Assembly: GCF_009914755.1 (NCBI RefSeq)
Contig: NC_060940.1
DNA: 64,000 nt
Source of the DNA: the human T2T-CHM13v2.0 reference genome, Homo sapiens
Direction: 5' to 3' (one strand)
The position numbers and the translations under genes were made by a program. The notes below the pieces were generated by a model. The model made no database searches. It was not told the origin of the DNA and worked only from the letters and a program-made list of their open reading frames with translations. Shown in pieces: positions 32,808 to 47,130 of the stretch (position 1 is its first letter; each line of letters opens with the position of its first letter).

Positions 32808-34099
32808 CAGTTTATCTTTCTTTTCTCTTAATCATTCTAATATGTTCTTAACAGCCAGGTGCAATGTTAGCTCAGCTGCCCTTTAGCTGCCAAATACCTT
32901 CCATGTGCTATCAACAAGATGATTACCTTGGGCCCAAAGTGCAATGCTTACCCAATTATAGAAACTGTGTCAACCTGGTGTTGACTACCACTGCCACTGC
33001 CATTGTGAGGTTAGGACTTGGGCAATCACCTGGACAATTTAATCAGAAATCATCCAACTTTTGAAGAACAGGTCAGGATTGATAACTTAGTGCAAAGTTC
33101 CCTTGGATGATGGTACAATCTTTTCATAGCCTGTTATTCTCCACACATGCACACTCACACATGAACATGCATTCACACACATGCCAACAACAATCATCAC
33201 TAGGTATTTTTAAAAATTCAAATTGTAATATACTAAATAATAAGCCATGTTGATATTTCATGTTCCTTTCTAGTCTTTGGCCATAAACAAATGTCACTTT
33301 CATGTGATTATAATAAAATTTATAGATTTCATTCGTTTTTTTCTTACATGATTTTGCCAGCATTTTTCTCCATGAGGATTTTCCAAATGCTTTGTAGATG
33401 TCAACAATGGAATCCTTCCAGCTGGAATGAGTTTGCACTCTGTGCTGAAATCACAGTCGGGGACTCAAAGAAAGAGCCACTTTTAACCTTTTGTGTTTTC
33501 TGCTCTAAGGAATGAACTCCTGGCTGCTCTTTCTTTCAGGAATTAATGTGTTTGGATAATTGTCTCAAGTGGGAGCTCGCCACAGGAAAGCAGGTGTAGG
33601 GGCTTGGCTTTTGGCAGAGGCTTAGTTTATTTGTCATTTATTCACTCATGCATTCATTCAACAAACATTCCTTGAATATCTATCCATTACCCAACAGACA
33701 TGGGTAGCAATGCTATCTGCAGGCAGGTCATGGAGGCTGGATCAGGAGCAGGAAGATGGAAGAAATGAATGACCTCGAGAGCTGAGTGTAAGGATTCACA
33801 CCTGCCTTCCAAAAACAGAGATACCAGCTGAGCAGAGAAGAATGAAGCGCACGAAGAGAGGCCTGTGGTTCAATCAGACCAACCAACAAGAACTAGAAAG
33901 ACAGGGCGTCATTGCACAGCAGACATCCCAGATTAAATAAACAGATGTCAACCATGAAGACTGAAGATTTGGGGCCTTGGAGGCAAGGACAGATCCTGAA
34001 AAGGACAGCAAAGAATCACATGAGCCCATCTTGAATGTGGCTCCTGGGAAAGCAATGTATTCTAAGCACTTTGAATCCAAGATCTGCTGCCTGAGTCTT

Positions 34100-34325
34100 G
34101 TAGAGAGGCCGTGAACTCAAGCAGGGCTGCCTGCATGTGAATCCCACGTGGAAGCTAGGTGACTTCAGGTAAGTGACTTAACCTTCCAGGACCACATTTT
34201 CCAGATCCTGAAACAGTGATGACCTAAAAGTGCTTAGCTCATAGGTTTGTAATGAGGCGTAGGAGAGCTCATACTTGCACAGCGTTCAAAACAGTGCCTG
34301 ATACAAAGTAAATGCTTATATAAGA
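34100..34325 (+). mobile_element. MIR SINE
   Basis: 'tgaatccca...ggtaagtgacttaacctt...ctcataggtttgtaatgagg...aacagtgcctgatacaaagtaaatgct'. Confidence 0.75.
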
Positions 34326-35825
34326 GTTTTTAAATAAAATTAATGTACAGTGGAGGAAAGCATTTCATGACAATACTTAATTCTTTTCAGTACCCCTAAC
34401 CATCCTCATTTTTAGAGATTTACAAATCTATATGACACCATGGTCTTTTTTCTTCCTAATTATTTACATGTGGTTTCAACTATGGCTTCCTTCCCCAACC
34501 GTGATGACCACAGCCTCCTACTCCTCTTCCCCCAGCAATGGGTACCTTCACTGTTGTGTCCTGTTGGTTGCAAGCCAAACTGAAGCATTGTCTAGGTGCC
34601 GGGCCGGGTACTCAACCTTCACACATATCAGAACCTAACCTTTTGGCCTGCCCTGTGTTCTCAAGCTCTAACATGCAATAATACTTCCCAGCTTCCCTAA
34701 AACCCCCAGACCTCTAAGCTGGTTACATACCAGTGTGGTGTTGAGTCGTATACCAATCTGGCAACATGTTGATGTTTCCATGCAGGAATCCTCACAGCCA
34801 GGCTTCACAGCTCAGCAAGGGTCCTGTGCCATCCCTGCCTGAAGATCATTTTGCATTTTTTAGCTGGTATCCAGCATGTTGACTAAGAACAAGAGGGATT
34901 TCTTTGAAAGAACAATCAGGATGCCCTAGCTCCTGGGGCCTTTTCCCAGCTCCCAAGCCTGGGAGGCATTGCCACGGATGGCCCAGCTCTTTGGTTGAAG
35001 GCCTAACTCCAGGAATGGTGCCATCATTTCAGTGGTTAATAACAAACAAAACAGAAAGATAGACTGCATGACTCATGTACACTGCCACCTGCCGAGGCCT
35101 GGGAGCAAAGATTTGGCAAGGACTAAGGAAGAGGACACAGAATCTACTTTCTTTCCTCTTCTTTTTCTTTTACAGAAAGACTCTTTGTTTTTGCCATTTT
35201 ATGCACAAGCTAAACAGATTACAGTCAAGAAAAATGGGGGCAGGCCCAGGTGTCTAGGAGATGGGAGAGAATTTGCATTCCAATTGTGGAACGTATCAAA
35301 AGGCGATTCTTTCTGCCTCAATTGGAAGGTGCAGCTCAATTTGGGGGCAATTTCAACAAGACCATACCTTTTATCTCCAATTCAAACTGGGGGCACTCCA
35401 AGGATGCCCTGGGGAATCCTGGAAGGAAAGAGCAGCACCTTTATGAAGGCAGATGTTTTCATTTCCTCCCCTCTAGATCCTTGAAGGTTGAAGGTTGAAA
35501 AACATGAGGCTCATTTTTTTTTCTGTTTTTGACTTCTAGTATATTCGAAAATGGAGAAATACCATAAGTCAATTGCAAAATAAATGAATTTGAGTATGTT
35601 AAATGTTAACTCTTGTCAAAATAACACATTTCGTGTACCCACATTGCAGTGATTGTGTGTGTGACTTCATTTATGGATAACGTCAAAAGTTTGCATTTAA
35701 GGAACAGGATGGAAATGAGGCTCCCAGCAGATGGTTCTTGTGCACCGCCCCCAGCCAGATGGTTCTGACAAGATGATTCTCAGAGAGAATGCTTCCTCCC
35801 TCCACCACTACATAAATTGCCCCCT

Positions 35826-36119
35826 GGCCAGGCATGGTGGCTCATGCCTGTAATCCCAGCACTTTGGGAGGTCGAGATGAAAGGATCAGTTGAGGCCAGG
35901 ACTTCGAGACCAGCCTGGCCAACACGGGAAAACCCCGTCTCTACCAAAAATACAAAAATTAGCTGGGCGTAGTGGCGTGCACCTGTAGTCCCAGCTACTT
36001 GGGAGCTGAGGCACAAGAATCGCTTGCTGCAGGAGGTTGCAATGAGCAGCGATCATGCCACTGCACCCCAGCCTGGGTGACAGAGCAAGACCCTGTCTTA
36101 AAAATTTAAAATAAATAAA
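35826..36119 (+). mobile_element. Alu (Sz/Jb-like)
   Basis: Dimer; TSD ataaattgccccc at 35812 and 36120. Confidence 0.95.
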
Positions 36120-37129
36120 ATAAATTGCCCCCCGCCCAGTGAAAGACCCCATCCCTAATTTGTGTGGCTCCCTAAGAAACATTATCTCAACTCCGACTCT
36201 TCCTTTTTTATCTCATTAAAATAAAACAAACAAACAAAAAAACAAGAACTATAGACCTCCATGAGAGACCTCACTTAAAAGCAAAATATTCTGTTAGTTT
36301 GAAATAAACCAGAGAATCAAAGCCTCCCTATCCTCTCCAATCTCCACCCGCGTTCAGATACCCCTGCCACACACACACTGAAACTCAGCTCCAGCTCTCT
36401 GTCCGCATTGCCCCCTTTCTGCCCCCTCCACACAGACTTATTTCATAAAAATGTCAGCTATTAAGTTAGCATTATTTAAGGGGCTTTGGGTTTTAGTTCC
36501 TGAATGCAACTTAAGCTGGATCCGTAAAGGCCTGACACGAAGTCCCGGCTGTATAAAACATGATCCACGGAGGTACTAAATAAATAACCTGGCTGTGGGC
36601 TTCCAGGCCGCTCTATTTATCACTGCAGTGAGGATAAGGATCTGATTTAGAGTGAACCCTACTGAGGGTCGAACCCGGCACAAGCTGTAATATGATCTGC
36701 AGGGGAGGGCTGATAACCCGAAACAATGTGAAGAAACCCTGTCAGATAAATAAAACAAACTGTTTGTCCATTAAATAGCGCTGTCAGGAAGAGAACAGGG
36801 AAGCCAAACAGAGCTAAATCCAATTCTTTTATAGCCACACAAAGCCAGGAACACCTGAACTAAGCTGGGGGAAATAAGCTCCCTTAGAAATAGGTTGTGG
36901 GGGGTCGTGTCTGGAGGGAGGGGGATCGTGGTCTGATTTATTGAAGTCACTATGGTAGGAAAAAGTTGCTCTTTGATTCAGGGCAAATCCTGCCCCCTTC
37001 CTGGGTCTTGGTCTCCCCATTTGTGAAATGTGACCTGTCTTGCGGGTCCTGCCCTCCTCGCTGGATTACGGAGGTGGACCCATGGAAGAATTACAGAAAA
37101 AGGATTCTGAAAAAGAAGAGAATGACTAT

Positions 37130-37440
37130 ACGAGGCTCAGAAATGCAAGTGCCTACAGAGGCCAAGCTTGAAGCAGAAAACCAGGGCAGCGGGGACTAGA
37201 GAACGAGGGACGTATCTCAAGGGGCGGAAGCCACCCGGCACCACCAATGCTGCTGCGCAGACATACAGGCCCCTGCTGCCAACTCTGAATTTTTTCAAAA
37301 GGAAATATATGGTTGTTAATGTGAAATCCCAAGAATTCTAGATGTTGGAGGTAGTTATTGTATGAATGTTTTTAGAATACTGTGTGTGTTTCGTTGGAAA
37401 ACCATGTGAGTAACATGTGACCTATAGTCTGCAACCTGTG
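37130..37440 (+). mobile_element. Charlie4-like hAT DNA transposon
   Basis: 'caagtgcctacagaggcca...ttttttcaaaagg...atgtgaaatccc...agatgttgg...gtctgcaacctgtg'. Confidence 0.55.
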
Positions 37441-37935
37441 GATGGAAGCAAAACCAGGTGGAATATTTTTGTGATGACCACGTTGCTACTGCTGTTGATG
37501 CTGGACACAACCCTGGGACACAAAGGCAGCAGAAACAACAGTGCCCTTTCTCAAACCCACTGATAGATCTCCCGTATGTTTGCCTCAGCTCTTTCAAATT
37601 TTTGATGTATTTTACTGGATCTATGTGGCATCTCACTGAATACTACACAGAATCTTCAGAGAACAAAGATTCTCATCAACTGTGCATGTTCTAACTGTCC
37701 TCTGAGCTTTCCATTCCCAGATAGAGAACACTAGTCCCTTCCCTGGCCAATGCTTCTCAGTGGGAGCATCACTGGCATTTTGGACAGGCACTAAATGTCT
37801 ACAGCTCCCCTGAGGCCCAGGACAACCGAGCAATTGCCCTCACACTTTAAAAACAACAACAAAACCAAAACCAAAAGCACTCTGATACTTTACCTTTGTG
37901 GAAACCAGAGAGTCTCCTACTCTATCCTTGAAGAC

Positions 37936-38290
37936 TGATATAGTTTGGCTGTGTCCCCACCCAAATCTCATCTTGAATTGTAACTCCCATAATTCTCACA
38001 TGTTGTGGGAGGGACCCAGTGGGAGATAATTGAATCATGGGAGTGGTTTCCCTCATACTGTTCTCGTGGTAGTGAATAAGTCTCATGAGACCTAATGGTT
38101 TTATAAGGGGTTTTCCTTTTCACTTGGCTCTCATTCTCTCTTGTCTGCTGCCATGTAAGATGTGCCTTTTGCCTTCTGTCATGATTGTGAGGCCTCCCCA
38201 GCCAAATGGAACTGTGAGTCCATTAAAGTCCTTTTTCTTTATAAATTACCCAGTCTTGGGTATGTCTTTATCAGCAGCATGAAAATCGAC
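37936..38290 (+). mobile_element. THE1C-type solo LTR
   Basis: 'tgatatagtttggctgtgtccccacccaaatctcatcttgaattgta...ggtatgtctttatcagcagcatgaaaa'; 5-bp TSD aagac (37931-37935 / 38291-38295). Confidence 0.95.
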
Positions 38291-38459
38291 AAGACCAAGC
38301 AGGCTAATTTGGCCCTGTCATGGTCAACATGACCAGCCCAGGTCTCTGGATGGACTTCCTGAGGCAGCCTGGAGTGAGGCCTGGGCTTCTTAGGACAATG
38401 AAGACCAAGCCAGCAAACAGAAACAGAAGGTATCCTGGAATACCAGAATGGCTTAGGTT

Positions 38460-38760
38460 TCCAACAGAGGTTCCGAGTCACCACTGTTACTTGTTGAACA
38501 GACCCATGCCCTGGCCTTATCCTGGCAGGCCTGAGGATATGGTCCAGTGTATTTCCTTTTATATAAAGCTTCGCTGGTGAATCTAGACCATGTTTTGAGC
38601 CATTGTTTTAATAAAAGCACTAGTGCTTCCTTCATCTAAAGCAGTGGTTCTCAAACTTGCCTGTTCTTCAGAATCACTTGGAAAGCTTTACAAAATATGC
38701 TTCCTTAGGAACTATTGTAGAAGACTGATTTAATTTGGATAGTGGATTACATTTTTATGA
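38460..38760. mobile_element. MER5-type hAT fragments
   Basis: 'cagtggttctcaaacttgcctg...agaatcacttggaaagcttt' at 38642 and an upstream degenerate copy. Confidence 0.6.
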
Positions 38761-39534
38761 AACTGTTGTAGGCAGGGGAGTAGATAAGAATCTCTCATGT
38801 CTTTGCTATGTATTTGAATAAGTAAGTCTGCTTATCTGCACATTACAGATGGCAAAAGAGAGACCCAGAAATAGAAAATGACCATTATGATCTTAGACCC
38901 AAGACTAGAATAAGATTCAAATGTCTAGTCTTATTCTTGAGGTTATTACCATCACCTTTTTCTGCAGAATCTGAAGCTGACTTGCTGCATCCAAGCTGTT
39001 TATTGTTGGGCTAAAATTAATTTTTTGAAGTAGTTACAGTGAGATTTTTCTTTTCATTGAATTATATTTTTTCCTTGCAGTTTGTATTATTGAATAATTC
39101 ACCTCCCCCCATCAGGCAGGAAGCAGTTTCTGTGTTTCCTTGGCTTTGGGATGGTTTGTGGCAGAGCCTCCTGGCTTTAGTTTCCAAAAATCTCATGTTC
39201 GTTGAGGACCCCAAGGCATGAGGATAAAGGGATGGCTTCTCAACTAAAAAGCAGTTCCCAGAGACTTAGGAAGGAGTAGATAGAGGCTCAGAATAAAAAT
39301 TAAGAAGATTAAAAATACAGAAATGTGAAATATTTTTCTTAGTAAGCCTTTAGATCAAAATTCAGATGGATAGCCTTTAGTTCAGGTATAAATAAACTAT
39401 TGGCCTTTTCAATTTGAGTAATCTCAGAGAAGGAGGTCAGTGTTGTACAAGAAGATAAAATTATATGCAAGGAAATAAAATATTTCTTTTTATTTTAAGG
39501 GATTCCTTAAGAAAATAAAATACACTTTAAAATC

Positions 39535-39832
<298 letters not shown>

Positions 39833-39899
39833 TAAATTCTATTCAAGTGAATAAAAACACAACCTAAACAAGCTTTAAAAAAGGAAAATAAATAAAAGT

Positions 39900-40300
39900 A
39901 ATATCTTAGTTGGTATGAGTCGAAAACTCAGGGGTACAAATGATGACAGGTACGACCTAATCCAGAGCTTCAAATAACATTGTCAGGAATGGCTTTACTT
40001 GTCTCTGTCTCCAACTCTGTATCAACTTCATTCCTCTGGCAAGTCCTTCCATCTTCCATGTGGTGGCCATCAGGCACCTGACCTATTTCCTACAGCTCAG
40101 CAATTCAGGTGCTACCAGCACGTCTTCTCATTGGCCTGCCTTGGGATTCGTGCCCATTCCCATAGCCATCATTGTGAACAACATATGTATAGAACATTTC
40201 TAAGTGGCCATCCTGGATCCAGGAAGGTGGGGTCAATCTATCTAACCTGCATAGACAGACAGTGGAAATGTGGTGACTCCCAAAAGGGGGAAAAAAATCA
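39900..40300 (-). mobile_element. MLT1K-type LTR
   Basis: 'ttctcattggcctgccttgggattcgtgcccattccc...ccatcattgtg'. Confidence 0.55.
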
Positions 40301-40352
40301 GGACTGTGAGAGAAAAAAGGGGGAAATTGATCATGGTCAAGAATGAACAGAT

Positions 40353-40356
<4 letters not shown>

Positions 40357-40395
<39 letters not shown>
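40357..40395. repeat. (T)39 homopolymer
   Basis: Direct count. Confidence 0.95.
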
Positions 40396-40400
<5 letters not shown>

Positions 40401-41348
40401 GGGAGACAAGAGGGATGTAGGGAAAGAAACCAAGTCTATTTTCTCTTTTCTGTCTCACATTAGCATTCATTAAATAAAAGCAGGAAGTCAAAACAGTGAA
40501 ACAAACACTGATTGAGAATAAAATCAAGGAAAGGGCCCTTTTTATAATAGTGAGAATTCTGACTTGATATTGTTTTCAAGAAAGCTTTTTTTTTTCTTTT
40601 AAGAACCTACAGTAACTCAGCTTGGCTAATAAAGTATTTGTCTAGTACATTATGGAAGTCTTTTGGGAGACTATTGAATCAATTAGAATGATTTGTAATT
40701 AGCACACCAACCTAATGACAGGGTGTCTCTAAATTGCTGGAAAAGAGTTTGCTCTCTTAAGAGACTTGTATGATCCTCTTGTAAACTTATTTACATTAAT
40801 GATATGCTTACTAGCTTTTTAAAATTTTTCCAGAATATAAATTTTGACCAGATCCTGTATCAAATATTACAAATTCTCAATTAAATGGTTTTGAATAATT
40901 GGGAAGTTACCATATGAATTAGAAAGATTTCCCCCTCTATATAATTATTCACAAAGGCCTTGGAACAAACTATCACAAGCCAGCATTTTTGAAAATTCTG
41001 ATTGATATGAAGTTATGTCAGACCCCAAAGTCATATCAAACAGAATAGAGCTAGATACAATAGAACTGTTATTACAAGGTGTCATTGCTTGTAATTCCAG
41101 GGATATTGACAATACAGAGGAGTGTAAAATAATGCCTTATGTTTTTCCCCCCACAAAAGTTTGAAAAGAAGCTGGGAATTAGCTGAACTTTAAAAAAGTT
41201 TTCCAGATTCAAGTGGGCAGATGTCCATTCATGTGGCACAACGTTATTCTTTCAAATTTCTAGCACCTAATTTTAGAGCAGTGTCAACCCACAGATGTGG
41301 CATTTGGTCAACAACATGGGTTCTGAAGTCAGGCAAAACCTGGATTCA

Positions 41349-41688
41349 GGCCAGTTGCTGTGGCTCACACCTGCAACCTCAACACTTTGGGAGGCTGAGG
41401 TAGGAGGACCGCTTGAGCCCAGGAGTTCGAGAACACCCTGGGCTATATTACAAGACTTCATCTCTACAGAAAAATAAAAAAAAAATTACCTGGGTATAGT
41501 GATGGATGCCTGTAGTCCTAGCTACTTGGGAGACCAAGGTAGGTGGATGCTTTGAACCCAGGCATTCGAAGTTGCAGTGAGCTGTGATTGCACCACTGCC
41601 TGAGTGACAGAGTGAGACTCGGTATCAACAAAAAAAATTTTAAAAACCCCAAACTCCCAAAACAACAGAAAAGCACCTCCAAAAACCC
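41349..41688 (+). mobile_element. AluJ inserted into a MIR
   Basis: J-type dimer with a long degenerate tail; TSD aacctggattca (41337-41348) / aacctgggttca (41689-41700); MIR sequence on both flanks. Confidence 0.92.
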
Positions 41689-42489
41689 AACCTGGGTTCA
41701 TATCCTAGCTCCTTCTTTATTATGGATGTGGAATTTCGGGCAAGTTAGTTAAATTTGACCCTTCTCAGTTTCTGACATATCTGTCAGGAAAGTGGACAGG
41801 ATGGTAATAATCATATGTTTTGTGGAAAAATGGAAATGACAATAATATATTTAGTAGGATTAAATAGAATGCATGTATCTTGTACATAGTAAACCCATAT
41901 TGGTTGCAGCAAGACCCCTGGGTTAATAGGGATTTGATTCTGAGGAGTTACTCATTTTTATCTTATTCCAGTGAATAATCTGGAAACTACAAAGAGGTCT
42001 CCGTAGCAGGCTAGAGCAAAGGTTGAGGAGTGTAGAATATGCAATAGTAGAAGTGTGTTTTCTGTCAAATCATGTTTGCAGCACCTCTGAAGAGTAATCA
42101 ATTTCCATTCATTCTCTCATTCATTCACTTCTCCAATAGGTATTGATGCCTACAGATATTAATTGGTATTAATCAAGCCCCTATTAGACATTGCAAATAT
42201 ATTGGAGATTAAAACAATAAGGTAGTCATGTACTTAGAGCAACTTAAATTTATTTTCAACTTGTCATCACTTCTCTTGAGTCACCTGTGATACTTTGTTA
42301 TAACCATCCAAGAAAAACAGAAAACAAAATAGCTTCCCACCTCAAGATTGTTGTTAAAAGAGTTAATACATGTGACATGCTTAAGATAGAGATTTGCTTA
42401 TAATACAAGAAATAGCTTAGTACAAATAATTATTTCAACCACTACTACAATGATCATTTTGTGATGTTTTTAAGCATTGTGATGCTGTT

Positions 42490-42710
42490 GGAAACATTAG
42501 ACCAAACTCAGTTCAGACCTGAGTCTGCCTTATAATAGCTACTGATTTTACATGAATTATATAACCTCTCTGAGTTTCAGTTTCCTCATGTATAAAATAG
42601 GCATAATCTCAGTACCTGACTCATAAGGTAATGATGAGTCTTAAGTGAGATATTGTCTGTAAAGTGGCTGGTATAGCACCTGGAATGTAGTAAATAATCA
42701 CTAGTTACCA
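42490..42710 (+). mobile_element. MIR SINE
   Basis: 'aacctctctgagtttcagtttcctcatgtataaaatagg...agtacctgactcataagg'. Confidence 0.8.
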
Positions 42711-42719
42711 TAATAAAAA

Positions 42720-42920
42720 CAGTAACTAAAGCTTGTGTTACCATTTTGAGTTGTCACAGTACTTTCACTTCGACATTCTCATTTAATGCTCAGGGAATGA
42801 GAGAAGGGTCATTAATATTATTGCCATCACTATCATCATTATACCTATTTATAAAATAAGGAGGGGTTCAGTGACTTGCCTAAGATCACAGGGCAGGTAA
42901 ATGGTCAAGTAGGGTCTCTG
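42720..42920 (-). mobile_element. MIR SINE
   Basis: 'tctcatttaatgctca...gtgacttgcctaagatcacagggcaggtaaatgg'. Confidence 0.65.
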
Positions 42921-43240
42921 TCCTAGTAGGCATTACAAGTGATTTTCAAAGTGATCCTTTGGCCTGGAGAGAATTCCTCTTCTTATTTGTACAACGGATC
43001 AGCAGTGATAAGGATAGGTCTGAGCTGGAGTTTCTAGATGCATATTTTGATGGGGTACATAAGTTCAAGAATTGGTGGCTATGGCAAACTGATCAGTCCA
43101 TGCCTCTTTGTGGGCAAAGCCACTGCTGTCATGAGAAAGTCGTCATCCCTTTATTTACAACAAACATACATTGCCACGTAACTAAATACTCAAGAATCTT
43201 TGGTCTGGCTTCCAGAATAATTTAAATCATAGCTGTGCTA

Positions 43241-43582
<342 letters not shown>

Positions 43583-43794
43583 CTACTTTTGGAGAATATC
43601 CTCTGGAATGGCTGGTGAGAATACCACCCTCCCTGATTCCTCTAGCCAAACTTCTGTGAGATGTGGGTTTAGCATTAATGTATCTTCTGATTTCCAAAAG
43701 GAGCTGGTAATCTGGATTTTTATATAAAATATACAATTTTTAAAAATTTGGACTCAAAACAAAGACAAAACAAGATGATTGCCTGGATGAAGCC

Positions 43795-44140
43795 TGGGGT
43801 CAGGGAAGAATTCCATGAATAAGTGGCTTTTAATCTAAATGCAGAAAATGGGTAGGTATCTGCTGGAAGAAGGACAGAGAGTTGCTTCTGAGAGCTGGAG
43901 TGTAGACTCTATACTATAGGTGGTTGGGTGGTGGGGAGTGAGGAGCAATGAGCCTGGAAAGGCAGGCAGGGGCTACATCCTATAGGGCATTATTGGCTCT
44001 GCAAGGAGCAATGGGAATGGTTGTATGGTTGATTCAATCGGCTTATTAGAAACATGGCACCCTGACAGGAATTGACTGGAAAGAGGCAAAAAGGGAGCTG
44101 GGAGAGCTTGTAAGGTGTTGTTGGAATAATTTAAGGAGAT
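43795..44140 (-). mobile_element. L2 fragment
   Basis: 'tgagcctggaaaggcaggcagggg...gcaatgggaa...gactggaaagaggcaa'. Confidence 0.6.
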
Positions 44141-46474
44141 ACTTCACATTCTTAATCCTATCTCATCCCCTGTTAGACCCAGTTCCAATATTCTACCAAA
44201 CTAGTTCTCTCTTGTGTTTTACTAGAGTAAAGATGACTATCTTTCAACTTCACCCTCTCTAGAGACTGTTTCCAAATCCTCTGACATCTCTCACCTACTC
44301 TGGTCCTTTTTTAGTTCTCTCTAATTATTTTCTCCTTGTATTTTCTTTTTATACCTAAATGCCCAATTTTCAACTGTCATTGAATAAGAATTAGGAACAC
44401 GCTACATTAAAAAATCACTTATCAGTATATCAAACCTTCTGGCAAACATTAGGGCTTGGCTATTGCCATTTCTTTTCTTTCTACCTAAGGAAACATTTCT
44501 GCCACCTCCTTACTGCTGACATATTTTTTTTTCAGAAACGCAGCCCTCAGGTTGTTCTTCTGCACTCTTTGAAGTCACTGTGAATTGCATGAAATTAGTT
44601 TGATGGCAAAGTGCCAGGATAATTTAAACAACTTGTGAGAGAGGATATTACCACTTTTTTCTGTCATTTTAAATTTCCCAAGGCCATCCCACAGAGTGGT
44701 GGGAAAAGGTATCGATCAGTGGTGACTGTCCTTCAATGTGGGTGCTCACACTCCCAAATCATGACTTAAAATTCATGAGAACTAAGACAATTCTCTCCAC
44801 CCTAGAATTAAAATTTTAAGGTCATCATATTGACTCAATGACTTTGAAAGTAAAGGGATAGGGATAAGTGAAAAAATAAAGTGTTGAAGAAACTGTCTTC
44901 CACTGATTTCAGCAAAACAATGCTCTTATAATACACAATATATATATAATAATATGTAATATATAATACCTAATGGGCAATTATTTAGACGGTGTTGGGT
45001 TCTTTGTTGACTGTGTTGTGAAGCTATTTTTTGTTTCTTTTTCTTATTCAATGTCTTCAACTTTTTTCCTCTCTTTGCCTTTCTTTCCCATTTTGAAAAA
45101 CGGAGCAGGCATCTACCTTAAAGAAGCTAAATGCCCAAACTTCTGTGCCCTTGGTATATAGTTGTGGGATTCATGTTACATCGCACTGAGCGATGTATAT
45201 GTCTGCTTGGGGCAGGACACATTTTTCTGTTGAATCACGGCTTGCATCTGGTCCCTTTGCCATGCACCAACTTTTGCATTTTTTAAAGATGGCAAATAAA
45301 TCATTTCTTTCAGATTGGATAAAAAATGGGCTATGGTCTTTGGAAGCAGAAGACTTCCAGATAATTCCATGTTTGTACTATAAACTATACCAGTCAATTG
45401 CACATTCAGGTTTAGATTTGGGCCAGATTTATGCCCCTGAGAAAGTTCTATTTTTGCATGATTTAGACAAAAAAATGTGTCTGAACAGCATTACCCCGCC
45501 TAATTTATATGAAACTGTGATTCTGCCACCTGGAGTTTCGGGTCTGCTCTGTGAGACGTGTCTGGTATGTGACTAGAGGACCAAGCAAGGAGGAGGCGGC
45601 GAGGGGGAAGAGAGTCCGCTTAAAAGGGAGACGGCCATCCCAGCCAACTGAATGGGGCGTGCACAACCAGCTGGGAGGGAGGCCTCTTCATTGTGTTTTA
45701 TTATTGGCTCTTGTGTACAACCAGAAAGGCACCCCCCTCCTCGGGGCATGCTTGGTTGCTACGATCTGTTCCTGGGGGATGGTGTACATCCCGAATGGCA
45801 TCCCCCTCCTTGCCAGACAGGCTTGGGTAGCTCAATTACCCAAGCAGCATTTTGATACCAGACACTTCCAAGTTCCACCTGCATCTCAGCCTGTGTAAAA
45901 AAAGACAAGCTGAGCAGCTCTCCCATCACCATGCTTGGGGAATATCTGCAGGAGAACTCGCTCCCCACTAGACAAATATTGCTCATCTCTTCCTAAGCAA
46001 GAGATTCCAAGGTGATTTGGTTTTGCCTTGTTTTTAACTGTCAACATCCTCTTCTAAGGCGCCAGGCATTCTTAGTTTGCTGCTCTAAGGAGTTAGGGTT
46101 ATGTATCTCCTCATGGCTTGGAAACTGACCCTCCCTGGTCTGTGCATTTCACAGTCATTGGAGGCCTCTGCAAAGGTTTGGCAAATATTTTTTGAGCATT
46201 GGCTTCATGGCAGGCCCCTGTCTGGGGATAAATTTCCAGGGATGGAATACAGTGATGAACAAGACAGACATGAGCGATTGGGAGGCTTGCAGTGTAGTGG
46301 AAAAGAGGACCATGAATTTAATGCTCACATAAATATGCAGACAGAGAAGTGAAAAGGACAGTCCACAATAAGGGTTTGCCTTACTGGGAAGTAGATAGGG
46401 CATGGCAGAATTGAAGAGTTTCCTAAGGAGCGCCCATTTGAGCTGATAACTGTGTGCTGAACAAAGAAGTCTGA

Positions 46475-46827
<353 letters not shown>

Positions 46828-46974
46828 AAGGGGGCACTTTTTAACTGGGTAGGGACACTGACTTACCCAAGGGCACTCAGCAAGCCAGTGGTAGGGTCAC
46901 AGCAAAACTCCCTGCAGTCAAGGAAGATGCTTAAACACAAGGACTCTTCGTCAAAAGGAGCTAGGGCTGACACA

Positions 46975-47130
46975 CTGGAATGCCTCATTCCTTAGTCTTT
47001 CTGAGTCTTCATTTCCTCACCTGTGGCATGAGAATGATAGCAACCACTCCACACAGGAATATTTTGAGATATAATTAGAATAAGTATGCAATGTGCTTGA
47101 GCACAAAAAATATTAGCTGTTACAGTCATT
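46975..47130 (+). mobile_element. MIR fragment
   Basis: 'tctgagtcttcatttcctcacctgtggcatgagaatgatagcaacc'. Confidence 0.65.

Noticed and set aside
37195-37265. GC-box, ETS and CCAAT motifs suggesting a promoter
   Set aside because: Falls inside a Charlie4-like transposon with a GC-rich consensus; no CpG island.
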